A stretch of DNA of 64,000 bases from Candidatus Rifleibacteriota bacterium (lineage in GTDB: Bacteria; Muiribacteriota; Ozemobacteria; Ozemobacterales; Ozemobacteraceae). Under the pieces are notes generated by a model, which did no database searches, was not told the DNA's origin, and saw only the letters and a program-made list of their open reading frames with translations. The stretch is from assembly GCA_051747585.1 (NCBI GenBank), contig JBNJGH010000003.1, forward strand, positions 13,286-77,285, in the 5' to 3' direction. Positions within the stretch are counted from its first letter, which is position 1; each line of letters starts with the position of its first letter. Below, in pieces: positions 47,727 to 58,097 of the stretch. The translations under genes and the position numbers were made by a program.

Positions 47727-48962
47727 TTATACCGATTCGGTTCGGGCCGGGCTTTTTCTTTCCTGCTCTTTTCGTCGATTAATAAACTCGATGAGGAAAG
47801 ATGCGAAAACACCTAAAACTCCGGCGCTGAGGCCCGCAAGAATAACCATTATAGATCTGCGGGGTTTAGATTTGAGTTCTGGTGGAACAGGCTCGTCAAT
47901 AACTTCAAATTGATTTACTTCTTCGGCCTCGGTAATCTTAGCCATTTCATATTGTTCGGTTAAAACTCCGAAAACCTTTTCTTTAACCTTGAGATCACGC
48001 TTTAATCTGACAAATTCAAGTGAAAGGTCGGGTATGTCTACCAGTTTTTCTTCGGTAAGTGCAATCTCTTTTTCGATAGAATTCAAGCGAGCTTCTTCAG
48101 AAACTTTCTGTCCTTCTATTTTTACCAGCTCGGGCACATTTCCTGAGGCTTTAAGCAAACTGTTCTGCATATTAAGCTTGATTTCGGCTTCAACCTTTTC
48201 GGCTTCGAGTTTGGCAAGCTTATCTATAAGAGCGCTGGCCTGCTGCTCCATAGAAAACACTTTATGCTTGCTTTGAAATTTTTTGAGCTCGTTTTCAGCT
48301 GCAACAAGTTCTTTACGAACTTTTTTCAGCTGTCTTTCAATAAAGAGTCTCTTTTCTCTTTGCGGTCCACTTGCAAAGCTGGCCAGAAAATCGAGATAAG
48401 CCGAGGCTATTTCGGCAGAGACCTTTGGATCAAGGGTTTCAACACCTACGGTTATAAGCCCGTCCTTGTCTTTATCTACCGAAACAATGCTGTTCACCTT
48501 TTTAACGGTTTTATCGTAAATTATTTCTTCGGGCGGATTCTCGCCGACAATAGCAGGATGAGTGGCTATACCGAAACGTTTTATGATTCTATCGGTCATA
48601 GTTCGGCTTTTAAGATAAGCCATAAGGTATTCGGCAGAGCCACCGCCGCCTGCGCTACCAAGCATGCCCCCCAGAGGCAGACTGCTTAACAGAGACTGCA
48701 TTTTTCCGCCACCTGAATGAACGAAAATGGTAGCACTGGACTTGAAATGATTAGACAACGTCAAACTGTATAATGCAGTTGCTACTGCAACAAGAAAAGG
48801 AAAAACTATTACAAGTTTCCAGTGCTTTACCAATACTCTGAACAGCTCAAAAAGATCTATTTCGTCTTCTTCGAGCCCCATAAGTATTTCTCGCTTTAAA
48901 AGCTCTTCTTTAACTTCTTTTTTAAGCTGCTCTGCGTTAATTTCCGTATTTTTTTCGTTCAT
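47727..48962 (-). CDS. Wzz/GumC-family polysaccharide chain-length regulator (no kinase domain)
   Basis: DEIDLFELF, TM, coiled coil, VIDEPVPPELKSKPRR, TM. Confidence 0.88.
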   Translation of the reverse strand: MNEKNTEINAEQLKKEVKEELLKREILMGLEEDEIDLFELFRVLVKHWKLVIVFPFLVAVATALYSLTLSNHFKSSATIFVHSGGGKMQSLLSSLPLGGMLGSAGGGGSAEYLMAYLKSRTMTDRIIKRFGIATHPAIVGENPPEEIIYDKTVKKVNSIVSVDKDKDGLITVGVETLDPKVSAEIASAYLDFLASFASGPQREKRLFIERQLKKVRKELVAAENELKKFQSKHKVFSMEQQASALIDKLAKLEAEKVEAEIKLNMQNSLLKASGNVPELVKIEGQKVSEEARLNSIEKEIALTEEKLVDIPDLSLEFVRLKRDLKVKEKVFGVLTEQYEMAKITEAEEVNQFEVIDEPVPPELKSKPRRSIMVILAGLSAGVLGVFASFLIEFINRRKEQERKSPARTESV

Positions 48963-50092
48963 TATTCTTCGATTATTTCTACATTAGCTCTTGGTAATAC
49001 CATTTTTTCGCCGCCCTTGAGGGTCTCAATTTCGACGACGCGAACTTTTGCTTCTGAAGGTATTTTGGTTGGTTTTTCCGGAAGATTTACCACTTTTGCA
49101 ACTTCACCGAAATGTGGTTCACGAATAATACGCACCATGCTGCCAATCTGCATTCCAGTTGATGAAACCTGAGGAGCACTGTCGATAGAGGCCCCTTCGA
49201 TTGGGATCACAACTTCAGGCCGCATAACTCCGGCGCGGATCTGGGTTGCGCCATTAATAGAAGTCTTTTTGCCTTCACAGTTTTTTAGCAGATCAAAGGT
49301 TTTTTGAGCCATATTTATTTGCCCAAACCCTTCTGTTACAACAAGGGTTATGCCTTTTTCTTCGGTTCCGGTAATTGCAACACCAAGATCATAGCCAAGA
49401 AATTCCTTGAGATCATTGGCATCGTAACCGCCAACCACAACCCCGGCTGCTCCAACTTCGACAGCTCTGCTTAAAGCATCTGCCGTTACAAGAGAGCCAC
49501 CAACAATAATTTTGTTTTTATGCTCAATTTTTATGTCTTCTTTGTTAAGAATATCTGAAGGCGATTGGGCGACCATTTCAAGCTCACCAATTGCTTCTGG
49601 ACCGATTCCAAAAATTCCCTGCACGAATGTGGCAACTGTATCGACCTTGACACCTTCATCTTCGTATACATCATCAATGAAGCCATCGACATAAGCATTT
49701 ACTTCGACAGGTATGGGCGGCTCACGCAAGATAGCCTGACCGGTAGCATCAGAAAGACTTTCTATCGTTCCGGTTATGGGAGCCTTAATCTGGGTTTTAA
49801 AGAAACCGAAAAGACCTTGAGTTTCGGCAATAATTTCGTCTTTTGCTATTTCATCGCCCTCTTTTTTTACCAGAAAAAGATTAATTTCTTTTGCCTCACA
49901 ACCCAGCATATTTGCCAGATTCAAAGGGTAAACATTACCGGGCAGATCAGTAGAGGCAACTACATCTTCGGCAGTAACCTTATCACCTTTTTTAACATGC
50001 ACTTTTCCAAGCATTGGCAAACGACGATCTTTTTCTACAAGGGTTTTACCAACAATTTTTAATCCGGGAGTATAAGCACTAGCCATTAGCAA
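48962..50092 (-). CDS. Conserved hypothetical protein coupled to GlmL (barrel-sandwich-like repeats, C-terminal KOW-like motif)
   Basis: AYTPGL, VKKGDKV/KKEGDEI..API.G repeats, TEGFG, GATQIRAGVMRPE, GSMVRIIREPHFG, PRANVE. Confidence 0.7.
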   Translation of the reverse strand: MLMASAYTPGLKIVGKTLVEKDRRLPMLGKVHVKKGDKVTAEDVVASTDLPGNVYPLNLANMLGCEAKEINLFLVKKEGDEIAKDEIIAETQGLFGFFKTQIKAPITGTIESLSDATGQAILREPPIPVEVNAYVDGFIDDVYEDEGVKVDTVATFVQGIFGIGPEAIGELEMVAQSPSDILNKEDIKIEHKNKIIVGGSLVTADALSRAVEVGAAGVVVGGYDANDLKEFLGYDLGVAITGTEEKGITLVVTEGFGQINMAQKTFDLLKNCEGKKTSINGATQIRAGVMRPEVVIPIEGASIDSAPQVSSTGMQIGSMVRIIREPHFGEVAKVVNLPEKPTKIPSEAKVRVVEIETLKGGEKMVLPRANVEIIEE

Positions 50093-50104
50093 CCATCCTT
50101 TCTA

Positions 50105-51910
50105 TCACAGGCCAGGATAGAGATCCATGGCTTTATACCATGATTTCACCAGTTCAACACGTTTCGATTTATCTTTTGGTAAGGTAAAAGGCCTTCCGCG
50201 GGTATCAAAAACAAGTCCGACAACTCCGCCATCTACTTTAGCCTCTATTTCTTTACCATCACCTTCGCCAAGATCAAATCCCCATCTTGGTTTGATAAAC
50301 AAGTCTGCCTTTTCACCGACTTTCAATGGCACAACATTCAGTTCCCCGCCTTTGCAGGTAATATTTTTCTTTTCGCCATCGGGCATGGTAAGAGTAACTT
50401 CCATTACCGCTTCACCCATTTTGACCTTGCCGACCGGTGCAATACAGGTTCCAATATAAATTAAACAGTCTTTTTCGAAAACGCTCATTGCTGCATCTTC
50501 ATGAACTTTAGCCAGAACACCAAGCTGAGGCATCATAAAGATGGAGTCAACAGTCAGCATGGTTATTCCTTCGGGCATGAAAGCATCAATTAACATCATT
50601 GCCGTCTGCTGCCTTCTTGGAGCGTGTGAAAGAACACCGCCTGAACCTATAAGCATATCAAGCTCTTTAAGGTTAACCAGGGTTTCACCCGTCATACTTT
50701 GATCAAAAACATCGCCGATAGTTCTTTCCTGTTGAACACCTTTCAGACCGACAGCTAATGAACGGTGCTGATCGAATGACAATCTTAAAGCTTCACGGGC
50801 GCAGGCTTGCTCAACCATCAATTCCTGCAACAAAGAAGGAATGGTGGTAGGTCTGATCATTTTATTTTTAACGCGGTTACGCAAATCGGCTTCTTCCATA
50901 TCGAAAGGAACCCAGCGCATGATTTTATCAATTCCCGCTTCAGCAAAAACATTACTGATTGAATAACTCATACCATAGTTTGCAGAAACAGACTTGTTGT
51001 AAATTCCGCCAAATACGCTGAAAACATCTGTAGTCGCGCCGCCGATGTCTGCACCAACGACATTGATGCCTTTTCTTTTGGAAATAAGCTGCATAATATC
51101 GCCGACTGCGCCTGGAGTAGGCATAATATCTTCATCGGTTAATTCCATAAGATGCGGATAACCCGGAGCATGACTCATAACATGTTCAAGAAACAGCTGC
51201 TGAATTTTCTGTCGAGTCGGCATCAGGTTTTCTTGTTCAAGAGTAGGTCTGAGGTTATCGGTTATATCAAGCGAGACTTTGTCTGCAAGACGCTCTTTTA
51301 TAAGGTCTGTTGCCTGGTTGTTACCCGCATACAAAACCGGCAGCTGATAACTTACACCTAGTCGTGCTTTCGGGTTTGCTGCAGCTATAATTTCTGCCAG
51401 TTTTGCAACATGAGAGGTTGTTCCGCCATCGATACCGCCGGAGAGCAGAATCATATCAGGTCTTAAATGCCTGATTCGCTGAATTTTCTCATGAGGGAGT
51501 CTACCGTCATTAATTGCCAGAACATCCATAACAATAGCTCCGGCACCAAGAGCAGCTCGAGTTGCCGATTCTCCGGTCATTGTTTTAACAACACCGGAAA
51601 CCATCATCTGAAGGCCGCCACCGGCCGAACTGGTTGAGACGTATAAATCTACGCCTTTATTGTCGTTAAGCGGTTTTATAATTGCCGTTCCATCATCGGT
51701 TAAAATCTGCCTTCCGGCAAGTTCTTGAACTTCAGATACAGCATTGAGCACGCCCTGAGTAACATCTTCAACCGGTGCTTCAACCGTAGTCGGGGCTTCA
51801 CCCCTGACAATGAGTCTGAAAACACCGTCACGCTTTTCGATAAGAATTGCCTTAGTGGTTGTACTACCACAATCCGTAGCCAGGATACTTTGAATATCAC
51901 CTTTGCTCAC
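50105..51910 (-). CDS. Glutamate mutase L (GlmL/MutL)-like ASKHA-fold ATPase
   Basis: TDCGSTTTKA, TSSAGGGL, LSGGIDGG, MPTPGAV, DIGGATTDVFS. GTG 51910 has an RBS (ORF track start 51964). Confidence 0.85.
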   Translation of the reverse strand: MSKGDIQSILATDCGSTTTKAILIEKRDGVFRLIVRGEAPTTVEAPVEDVTQGVLNAVSEVQELAGRQILTDDGTAIIKPLNDNKGVDLYVSTSSAGGGLQMMVSGVVKTMTGESATRAALGAGAIVMDVLAINDGRLPHEKIQRIRHLRPDMILLSGGIDGGTTSHVAKLAEIIAAANPKARLGVSYQLPVLYAGNNQATDLIKERLADKVSLDITDNLRPTLEQENLMPTRQKIQQLFLEHVMSHAPGYPHLMELTDEDIMPTPGAVGDIMQLISKRKGINVVGADIGGATTDVFSVFGGIYNKSVSANYGMSYSISNVFAEAGIDKIMRWVPFDMEEADLRNRVKNKMIRPTTIPSLLQELMVEQACAREALRLSFDQHRSLAVGLKGVQQERTIGDVFDQSMTGETLVNLKELDMLIGSGGVLSHAPRRQQTAMMLIDAFMPEGITMLTVDSIFMMPQLGVLAKVHEDAAMSVFEKDCLIYIGTCIAPVGKVKMGEAVMEVTLTMPDGEKKNITCKGGELNVVPLKVGEKADLFIKPRWGFDLGEGDGKEIEAKVDGGVVGLVFDTRGRPFTLPKDKSKRVELVKSWYKAMDLYPGL

Positions 51911-52241
51911 GTGATTCACCTTCCTTACTGTCCTTTTTAAGCTTTTCCAGGTCTTCGATGGCAACGATAAGCTGTTCTATTCGTTTACGATCTGCGGCAA
52001 TCGCCTGCAGTTTTTCCATCTTGACCGGATCAATAATCGTTTCAAGTATAGGGCCAAACAATATAAGGGTACTATGACCTATGAGCGACAAGGGCTTGCA
52101 CATTTCCAGAGCCATAACCGCAGGAACACTCATTCGACGACGAACTACCCCATCGGCAAGCAAATTGATAAACTCATCAATTTCTTCGTCAGTGAATTTA
52201 GTATTTTCTTCCGGGCTTTCCGGAATTGTCCACATGCCCAT
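51897..52241 (-). CDS. Small conserved hypothetical protein
   Basis: LADGVVRRRMSVPAVMALEMCKPLS; translationally coupled within the operon. Confidence 0.75.
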   Translation of the reverse strand: MGMWTIPESPEENTKFTDEEIDEFINLLADGVVRRRMSVPAVMALEMCKPLSLIGHSTLILFGPILETIIDPVKMEKLQAIAADRKRIEQLIVAIEDLEKLKKDSKEGESREQR

Positions 52242-52252
52242 ATAAATTCGCC

Positions 52253-52915
52253 TTATATTATATGTAACCAGTCAGATAACAGGAACTGAAATCGACCGAT
52301 CAGCAGAGAAATACGACCCATCACAGTCGTTCCGAACGCTGCGCCGAAACTTACCATCAGAAACCAGATACCTACACGGCTTAGATTGCCGTAAACAGGG
52401 CCGCGGTGCTCGGTTGAAAAGAAGAAGTAAAACAAACAGGTTATTGAACCAATTACCAGAACCAGATTTGAGAAACTCTGCATATAATCGCCGGCAACAG
52501 CCAATGGTCTAATTGCTTTTGCGACCTGTGGTATAAGCATCTGCTGAGTTGAATAAACAATTGCCAGCCCGGTAGAAACACCCATAACAAAAGATATGGT
52601 AAAACGACTGACCCAGGAATAAGCTGGACTAAGCTTAAACAACATTAACAAACCCAGAAGCCCGGGAATAATATAAGCCAACTCTGCGGGGTTGGAAGCT
52701 GCTGCTCCTGATGCAAAAAGCGATGGAGCAATCTTTGCCAGCAGATTGGGTTTAATAACCTGATGAAATGAAATCATCGAGAAAAAGTAGCCGGCCGAAA
52801 CACCCACAAATAAGTGTTCAGCCAGGCGATAGAATGGATTATCTTTTACAAGGAAACTGAAACAGCAAAGGGTTATAAAAGCCCCAAGCCAGGTAGAAAT
52901 TGCCAATGTAGTCAT
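52253..52915 (-). CDS. Hypothetical multi-pass membrane protein
   Basis: SFLVKDNPFYRLAEHLFVGVSAGY; FLMVSFGAAFGTTVMGRISLLIGR. Confidence 0.8.
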   Translation of the reverse strand: MTTLAISTWLGAFITLCCFSFLVKDNPFYRLAEHLFVGVSAGYFFSMISFHQVIKPNLLAKIAPSLFASGAAASNPAELAYIIPGLLGLLMLFKLSPAYSWVSRFTISFVMGVSTGLAIVYSTQQMLIPQVAKAIRPLAVAGDYMQSFSNLVLVIGSITCLFYFFFSTEHRGPVYGNLSRVGIWFLMVSFGAAFGTTVMGRISLLIGRFQFLLSDWLHII

Positions 52916-52928
52916 ATCAATAATCTCC

Positions 52929-53828
52929 TTATGCTTTCTTCTTTGCTTTTCTTTGTTCAGCTATGAAAGCAATATTACCAATAATAATGAAAAACATGAT
53001 AATCAAATGTGACATAGACTGAGGTGCCATACCTTCTTTTCCACGTCCCATATATCCGATAAGTTCTTCATATTCGGCAGCTCCAGGTAAACCGCCGGTT
53101 ATGCCTTCAAGCTGGCCGGTCTGCATATAGGTGACAAATCTGGGAATATTTACAGATGTACAGGCAGCCGCCATAGGACGCTTGTGGTCACCGGCAACAT
53201 TAATAAACGCTTCGATCCCGCCGGTTCCGGCAGTGAAGCTCATAATAATGCCTATGTCTTCCATTGAGAACCTGCTACCGTCTTCAGTCTGAAAAATCGG
53301 CATTTTTCTGGTCGGATTGCCTTCCCTGTCTGAGGGATAAGGACCCATAAAGTCATTGGCCAGAGCCTTAACATGAATAATGGCGCCCGGCTTGAAACCT
53401 ACGTTTATATAGTCGGTACCTTTTTTAAGCTTGGGCTTTGCACCAGGTGCAAGTTTACCTTCGGCTTTGAATTTGTCGTAAGTCTTTTCGTAAACTTTAA
53501 CGGCCTGGGCAAGGGCTGCTTCGGCCATTTCACCACCGAGAGGCCAGTTGCCTCCGCAGATAGGTTTGAGATTTTTTCGGAACATATGAATTAAAAGCGC
53601 TGTAGCTGAGGGCGCCAACTCAGGTTCCGAAGCCGGATCATAATCGAACGACAGAAAACATCTTTGCCCTTCGGGAAGCTCGTCGACAAAATTATATAAG
53701 CCTTTGACAGCTTCTCCGGGAAAAACCGGAAAACCCATTTGAAAAATCATCGGCAGGGCAACTCCCAGTGCAACAAAAAGGAACACCCAGCGACGATCTA
53801 TATTTTTTAAATTAATCAAGAAATCCAT
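52929..53828 (-). CDS. Hypothetical protein with terminal TM anchors and a soluble central domain
   Basis: IDRRWVF, FDYDPASEPEL, GQLEGITGGLPGAAEYE, QSMSHLII..IIIGNI; RBS ggagg. Confidence 0.8.
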   Translation of the reverse strand: MDFLINLKNIDRRWVFLFVALGVALPMIFQMGFPVFPGEAVKGLYNFVDELPEGQRCFLSFDYDPASEPELAPSATALLIHMFRKNLKPICGGNWPLGGEMAEAALAQAVKVYEKTYDKFKAEGKLAPGAKPKLKKGTDYINVGFKPGAIIHVKALANDFMGPYPSDREGNPTRKMPIFQTEDGSRFSMEDIGIIMSFTAGTGGIEAFINVAGDHKRPMAAACTSVNIPRFVTYMQTGQLEGITGGLPGAAEYEELIGYMGRGKEGMAPQSMSHLIIMFFIIIGNIAFIAEQRKAKKKA

Positions 53829-53839
53829 GGTATTCCTCC

Positions 53840-54709
53840 TTAGCCTTCACCACCGAGGTGAGAACGCTCAACCCCAAGAATAATCTTCATAGAAGCAGAA
53901 ATAAAACCAAGCATTGCGCCAATCAAGATGGCACTCTGAGCGGCAGAGCTTGGGTAAGCCAGGATCCAGTCTTTTAAAGCTGAAATATTTACATATTTTC
54001 CAATAAATGGAATGTATGAAAACCAATGGGTAACAATATTGCCAACCGGCACATTTCCCAGCATAACGATAAAAGCCGCTCCCATTAACAATACCGCTTC
54101 TTTTGATTTAATACGAAATGCCCTGAAAGAGGCTGATGCAACAAAGAATGCCAGCAATGAGAACATTGTAGCCTGTGCCGCTTTAAAAATACCCTGGAAT
54201 AGAACCTGTTGGGCACAGAAAAACCAGGCCATCACTCCGCCTCTAAGTTTATTGGCAGCAGCGATTTCTTTATTTCCTTCCAGGTCTTCAACGGTGACAA
54301 CCTGGCCACCGTCATCATTTTTCCCAAGTTCGACAACGGTTACATGCTTCGAGGTAACATTGTTATCCGAGAAGAGCCAGTATTTCTCACCGATATTGAT
54401 CGGGTCTTCAAACATTGGCCAGCTGCCTGACATAAAACCAAGAATTGACATGGCAATAAAGCCGATAACCAGGCAAATACTGTAACCATAACCGTCTGAT
54501 TTACGCGCAATTTTTTTCAAGTTAACATTTAAAAGACTTATTGCACCAAGTACCATGGTAAATGACATGATGATCTGAATCCATTTTGGAAAAATCTCTT
54601 CAAGGGCGTTAATAGTCGGAAACGCAGGCCCGCTGAAGAACGCCAGAATCATGACAATGCCGGTACAAAAAGTGATCATAAGTGGTAAAGTTCGTTTAAC
54701 AAATAGCAT
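53840..54709 (-). CDS. Hypothetical multi-pass membrane protein
   Basis: KRTLPLMITF; TMFSLLAFFVASASFRAFR; KIILGVERSHLG. Confidence 0.8.
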   Translation of the reverse strand: MLFVKRTLPLMITFCTGIVMILAFFSGPAFPTINALEEIFPKWIQIIMSFTMVLGAISLLNVNLKKIARKSDGYGYSICLVIGFIAMSILGFMSGSWPMFEDPINIGEKYWLFSDNNVTSKHVTVVELGKNDDGGQVVTVEDLEGNKEIAAANKLRGGVMAWFFCAQQVLFQGIFKAAQATMFSLLAFFVASASFRAFRIKSKEAVLLMGAAFIVMLGNVPVGNIVTHWFSYIPFIGKYVNISALKDWILAYPSSAAQSAILIGAMLGFISASMKIILGVERSHLGGEG

Positions 54710-54718
54710 ATTCTGACC

Positions 54719-55966
54719 TCACTTAAACAGCTTCATATAATTATCTGCAAGTTGATTGATACCATATTCAACACCTATATCAGTCTGAGCAACTGAAATT
54801 AAAACAGTACCAATAATAATGAAAGAGATAATAATTATTTTGCTTACATCCTGACCCTTCAAAGAACCAACTTCTTTTGGATTTCTTGAAAGATAAGCGG
54901 AAGCTGCAAAAAGTTCTTCACCGATCAAAGTGTAGTCACATGCAGCAACAAAGAAAGGAATCTGAGAAGGCTCGGCAGTACCCGCGATCTGAATCGCACC
55001 AACCGAGTTACCGGTTTCTGCCAGAATCAAAGACTCAGCGTAAAATGTTCCCAGATAAAAACATGCAGCCGGTTTATCACGCATCATGATACCACTTACC
55101 CCGGCAACATAACCGAACTGATCATCTGTAAGGTAGTTAATGCGATCAGGTCGGTAAGCATCCGGACGACCTTTTTCAAGGTAGGCCTGCTTTACAATTT
55201 CCTGAGCAACCGACATAACAAAAGATCTTGTCATTGGTGCATAAAGCGGAGTGTCATATTCTGCGGTTTTCTTTGCAACCTGACCGAGAATGGTAACCCC
55301 GGCGATGGTCTGAATGTCATCCATGTCCATGATTCCGGGAATATACAAAACACCACGTCCCATTTCGGTTGCACGACCAACGGCATCTTCAAGAGCAGAC
55401 AAGCCGCTTATTCTTCTGATGAAAAGTTCTTTTCCGCGCTGGGCATGAAATGTAAAGTATGAAACAAATCCCAACAGGAAAATAATGATAATCAAAACAT
55501 TCAGGCGATCAACATCGAGGTATTTATAAAGCCAATGCTTTACAACCGGTGCTTTTTTTTCATCAACTTGTTTCGCGCCGGGAATATTTGTAGCCGGCTG
55601 TTTAACGGTAACACCTTTTGCACTTTTAACCTTTGCAGCAGCAGCAGACGTAGGAGCTACCGCATCAGGGCTGCTTTCATTGCCTTCACTGACCTCAGTG
55701 CCGACACTTCCCGAAACTTCGGCTGTTTGAGCCACTGAAGCATCTTTGCTCTGAGTTTGTTCACTGGTGTTTTCCACACCGGGTAACGATGAATCCATAG
55801 CAGCCTGCGGCGCTCTGGATGTGTTTTCATCTTCAGCTTCTGTAGGCTGAATAGCAGTTACAGGGGCATTTTGCACCTGAGCTGCCAGGGGGATAGACGA
55901 AACCAGACTCAGGATTAATACCATAAAAGGTAGAAACATCCTGGACGGTTGCCAAGTAACGCTCAT
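54719..55966 (-). CDS. DUF6754-like membrane protein with signal peptide and low-complexity extracytoplasmic N-terminus
   Basis: IRRISGLSALEDAVGRATEMG, AESLILAETG, QIPFFVAACDYTLIGEELFAASAYLS. ATG 55966 has ggagg RBS. Family name recalled, not searched. Confidence 0.75.
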   Translation of the reverse strand: MSVTWQPSRMFLPFMVLILSLVSSIPLAAQVQNAPVTAIQPTEAEDENTSRAPQAAMDSSLPGVENTSEQTQSKDASVAQTAEVSGSVGTEVSEGNESSPDAVAPTSAAAAKVKSAKGVTVKQPATNIPGAKQVDEKKAPVVKHWLYKYLDVDRLNVLIIIIFLLGFVSYFTFHAQRGKELFIRRISGLSALEDAVGRATEMGRGVLYIPGIMDMDDIQTIAGVTILGQVAKKTAEYDTPLYAPMTRSFVMSVAQEIVKQAYLEKGRPDAYRPDRINYLTDDQFGYVAGVSGIMMRDKPAACFYLGTFYAESLILAETGNSVGAIQIAGTAEPSQIPFFVAACDYTLIGEELFAASAYLSRNPKEVGSLKGQDVSKIIIISFIIIGTVLISVAQTDIGVEYGINQLADNYMKLFK

Positions 55967-56103
55967 GGAATGACCTCCACAAAGACAAATTGGATTTATA
56001 AGTTTACGATTATAAACGAGCCTAAATAGTAAGTCAACGAAAGTTATGTACATTTTGGGGAGAATTTTTCTCTACACTGCCATCGAAAGCCTGATTTCGA
56101 AGT

Positions 56104-57102
56104 TTAATTTTTATTTAAGCTTTTTTTCCCTAGCCAGCATTTTACTTTATGTCCGGCATGAACTTCAATTTCCGGCGGCTCCTGGTCACAAATTTCGTCA
56201 TAGCTCCTGCATATCTCTTTATAGCAACAACCTCTTTTTGCAACAGGGAAAGATTTTGCTTCAAAGCCTGATTCATTAAGAGCATTCCCCTCTCTTAAAT
56301 AGATGGCCGAATTCAAAAGATCGATAGTATAGGGATGCACCGGGTCGCTGAGCAGACATTCAGATGAGAATTGTTCAACCAGATTTCCCTTGTAGAGCAA
56401 AATAATCCTGTCTGAAATCTGGCGTACTACCGCGACATCGTGAGAAATAAAAATCATGGCAAGATTTCTTTGAGCCTGCAATCCGCTTAACAATTCAAGG
56501 ATTTGTGCCTGAATCGACACATCTAAAGCCGAAACTGCTTCATCAGCAATTATCAGCTCAGGATTAAGTATCATTGCTCTGCAGATGCCAATTCGCTGTC
56601 GCTGCCCCCCGCTAAATTCAGCCGGGTATTTGTCGAGGCAGTTTTTGTCTAAACCAACTTCTTCAAGAGAAGAGATCAATATTTTCTCTGCCTCGGCTGC
56701 AGAGATATTTTTATGAATTTTTAATGGTTCCGAAATGATCTTCCTTACCGTCATTCTCGGGTCTAAAGAACTATATGGGTCCTGAAAAATCATCTGCATT
56801 TTTTGCAAAAGCTGTAATCTATCTGTCTTTTGTTGAAAAGAAGCAAAAATATTTTTACCGCGATACAATACTTCACCGCTATCAGGGGCATAAATACCCA
56901 TTAAGATACGGGCCAGAGTAGATTTTCCCGAGCCGCTTTCGCCAAGTACTCCCAGGGTTTCCCCTTCTTTGAGATCGAAATTCAAAGAATCCAGCGCCTG
57001 CAATTTATTCTTTTCTTTAGCAAATAGTCTTGAAAGCAAACCGGTCTCAAGTTCGAAACTTTTTGACAGATTTTTTACTTCAAGTAGATTGTCCCGGCTC
57101 AT
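56104..57102 (-). CDS. Oligopeptide/dipeptide ABC transporter ATP-binding subunit (OppF/DppF-like)
   Basis: GESGSGKS, FQDPYSSLDPR, FSGGQRQRI, ADEAVSALD, HPYT. Confidence 0.93.
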   Translation of the reverse strand: MSRDNLLEVKNLSKSFELETGLLSRLFAKEKNKLQALDSLNFDLKEGETLGVLGESGSGKSTLARILMGIYAPDSGEVLYRGKNIFASFQQKTDRLQLLQKMQMIFQDPYSSLDPRMTVRKIISEPLKIHKNISAAEAEKILISSLEEVGLDKNCLDKYPAEFSGGQRQRIGICRAMILNPELIIADEAVSALDVSIQAQILELLSGLQAQRNLAMIFISHDVAVVRQISDRIILLYKGNLVEQFSSECLLSDPVHPYTIDLLNSAIYLREGNALNESGFEAKSFPVAKRGCCYKEICRSYDEICDQEPPEIEVHAGHKVKCWLGKKSLNKN

Positions 57103-58076
57103 TGGCTTGCTCCGTTAAGAGGGTAAAAGCAGCTTACCCAGCGCCCTTTTTCAATCTCGAGCGGCCGAGGGCGCTGCTCAACACATTTTTTTTGTTTGTT
57201 TCGACATCGATCAGAATAAACGCAACCAGTTGGTTTATTGTCGGGTTGAGGCAAATTACCCGGAATAGGCACCGGCATTTTTTTTTCTCTGACAAGTCTT
57301 GGCAGAGCAGCAATGAGATCTCTGGTATATGGATGATAAGGCTTGCTCATAAGGTCTTTAACCTTTGCAAATTCCATAAGGTGACCTGCATACAAGATTG
57401 CCAGATCGTCAGCAACAGCTTTTAAAACACCAAGATCATGACTTATAAAAATTAAACCTTTTTTCTGATTATCTATAAAACCTCTTAACTCTTTAAGCAA
57501 TTGCACCTGCAGGCCGGCATCTATTGCAGTAGTCGGTTCGTCGGCAATTATCAGGTCGGGTTCCATCGCTATGCCTATGGCTATCATAGCTCTTTGCCGC
57601 ATACCCCCACTTAACTGATGTGGATAAGAATGTAAAAACTTTTCGGGTTCTTTAAAGCCGGCTGTTTTAAGAGCTTTCATCACTCCATCTTTGACTTTTT
57701 CTTTGTCTGCTTTGGAACAGTGAGTTTCTATAATTTCTGCAACCTGTTGATACAGAGTCATAAGAGGGTTCATTGCTGTCATTGGCTCTTGAAAAATAAA
57801 ACCAATTTGCTTGCCTCTAATTTTTCTAAGTTCTTTTTCGCTGGATTCAAGTAAATTTTTTTCTTTAAAAAAAATACGCCCCGATGCCGCAACTATTGAA
57901 GCTTTCGGCATCAACCCCAGAATACTCATTGCCAGCACAGACTTCCCTGAACCTGACTCTCCGGCAATGCCAAGGCAGGTTCCTTCTTTTAAATGAAGTG
58001 AAACATTCTCCAAAACCGGAAGTTTTTTTTTGTCAGTGCCGGATAAAGTTAATGAATAATCTTCGATTCTAAGCAA
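57099..58076 (-). CDS. Oligopeptide/dipeptide ABC transporter ATP-binding subunit (OppD/DppD-like)
   Basis: GESGSGKS, FQEPMTAMNP, YPHQLSGGMRQR, ADEPTTA, C-terminal Cys cluster. Confidence 0.93.
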   Translation of the reverse strand: MLRIEDYSLTLSGTDKKKLPVLENVSLHLKEGTCLGIAGESGSGKSVLAMSILGLMPKASIVAASGRIFFKEKNLLESSEKELRKIRGKQIGFIFQEPMTAMNPLMTLYQQVAEIIETHCSKADKEKVKDGVMKALKTAGFKEPEKFLHSYPHQLSGGMRQRAMIAIGIAMEPDLIIADEPTTAIDAGLQVQLLKELRGFIDNQKKGLIFISHDLGVLKAVADDLAILYAGHLMEFAKVKDLMSKPYHPYTRDLIAALPRLVREKKMPVPIPGNLPQPDNKPTGCVYSDRCRNKQKKCVEQRPRPLEIEKGRWVSCFYPLNGASQ

Positions 58077-58097
58077 ACTATTTTCCTTGAAAACAAA

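Noticed and set aside
50105..51910. DNA mismatch repair MutL
   Set aside because: Name collision only; the motifs are ASKHA/GlmL-type, not GHKL.
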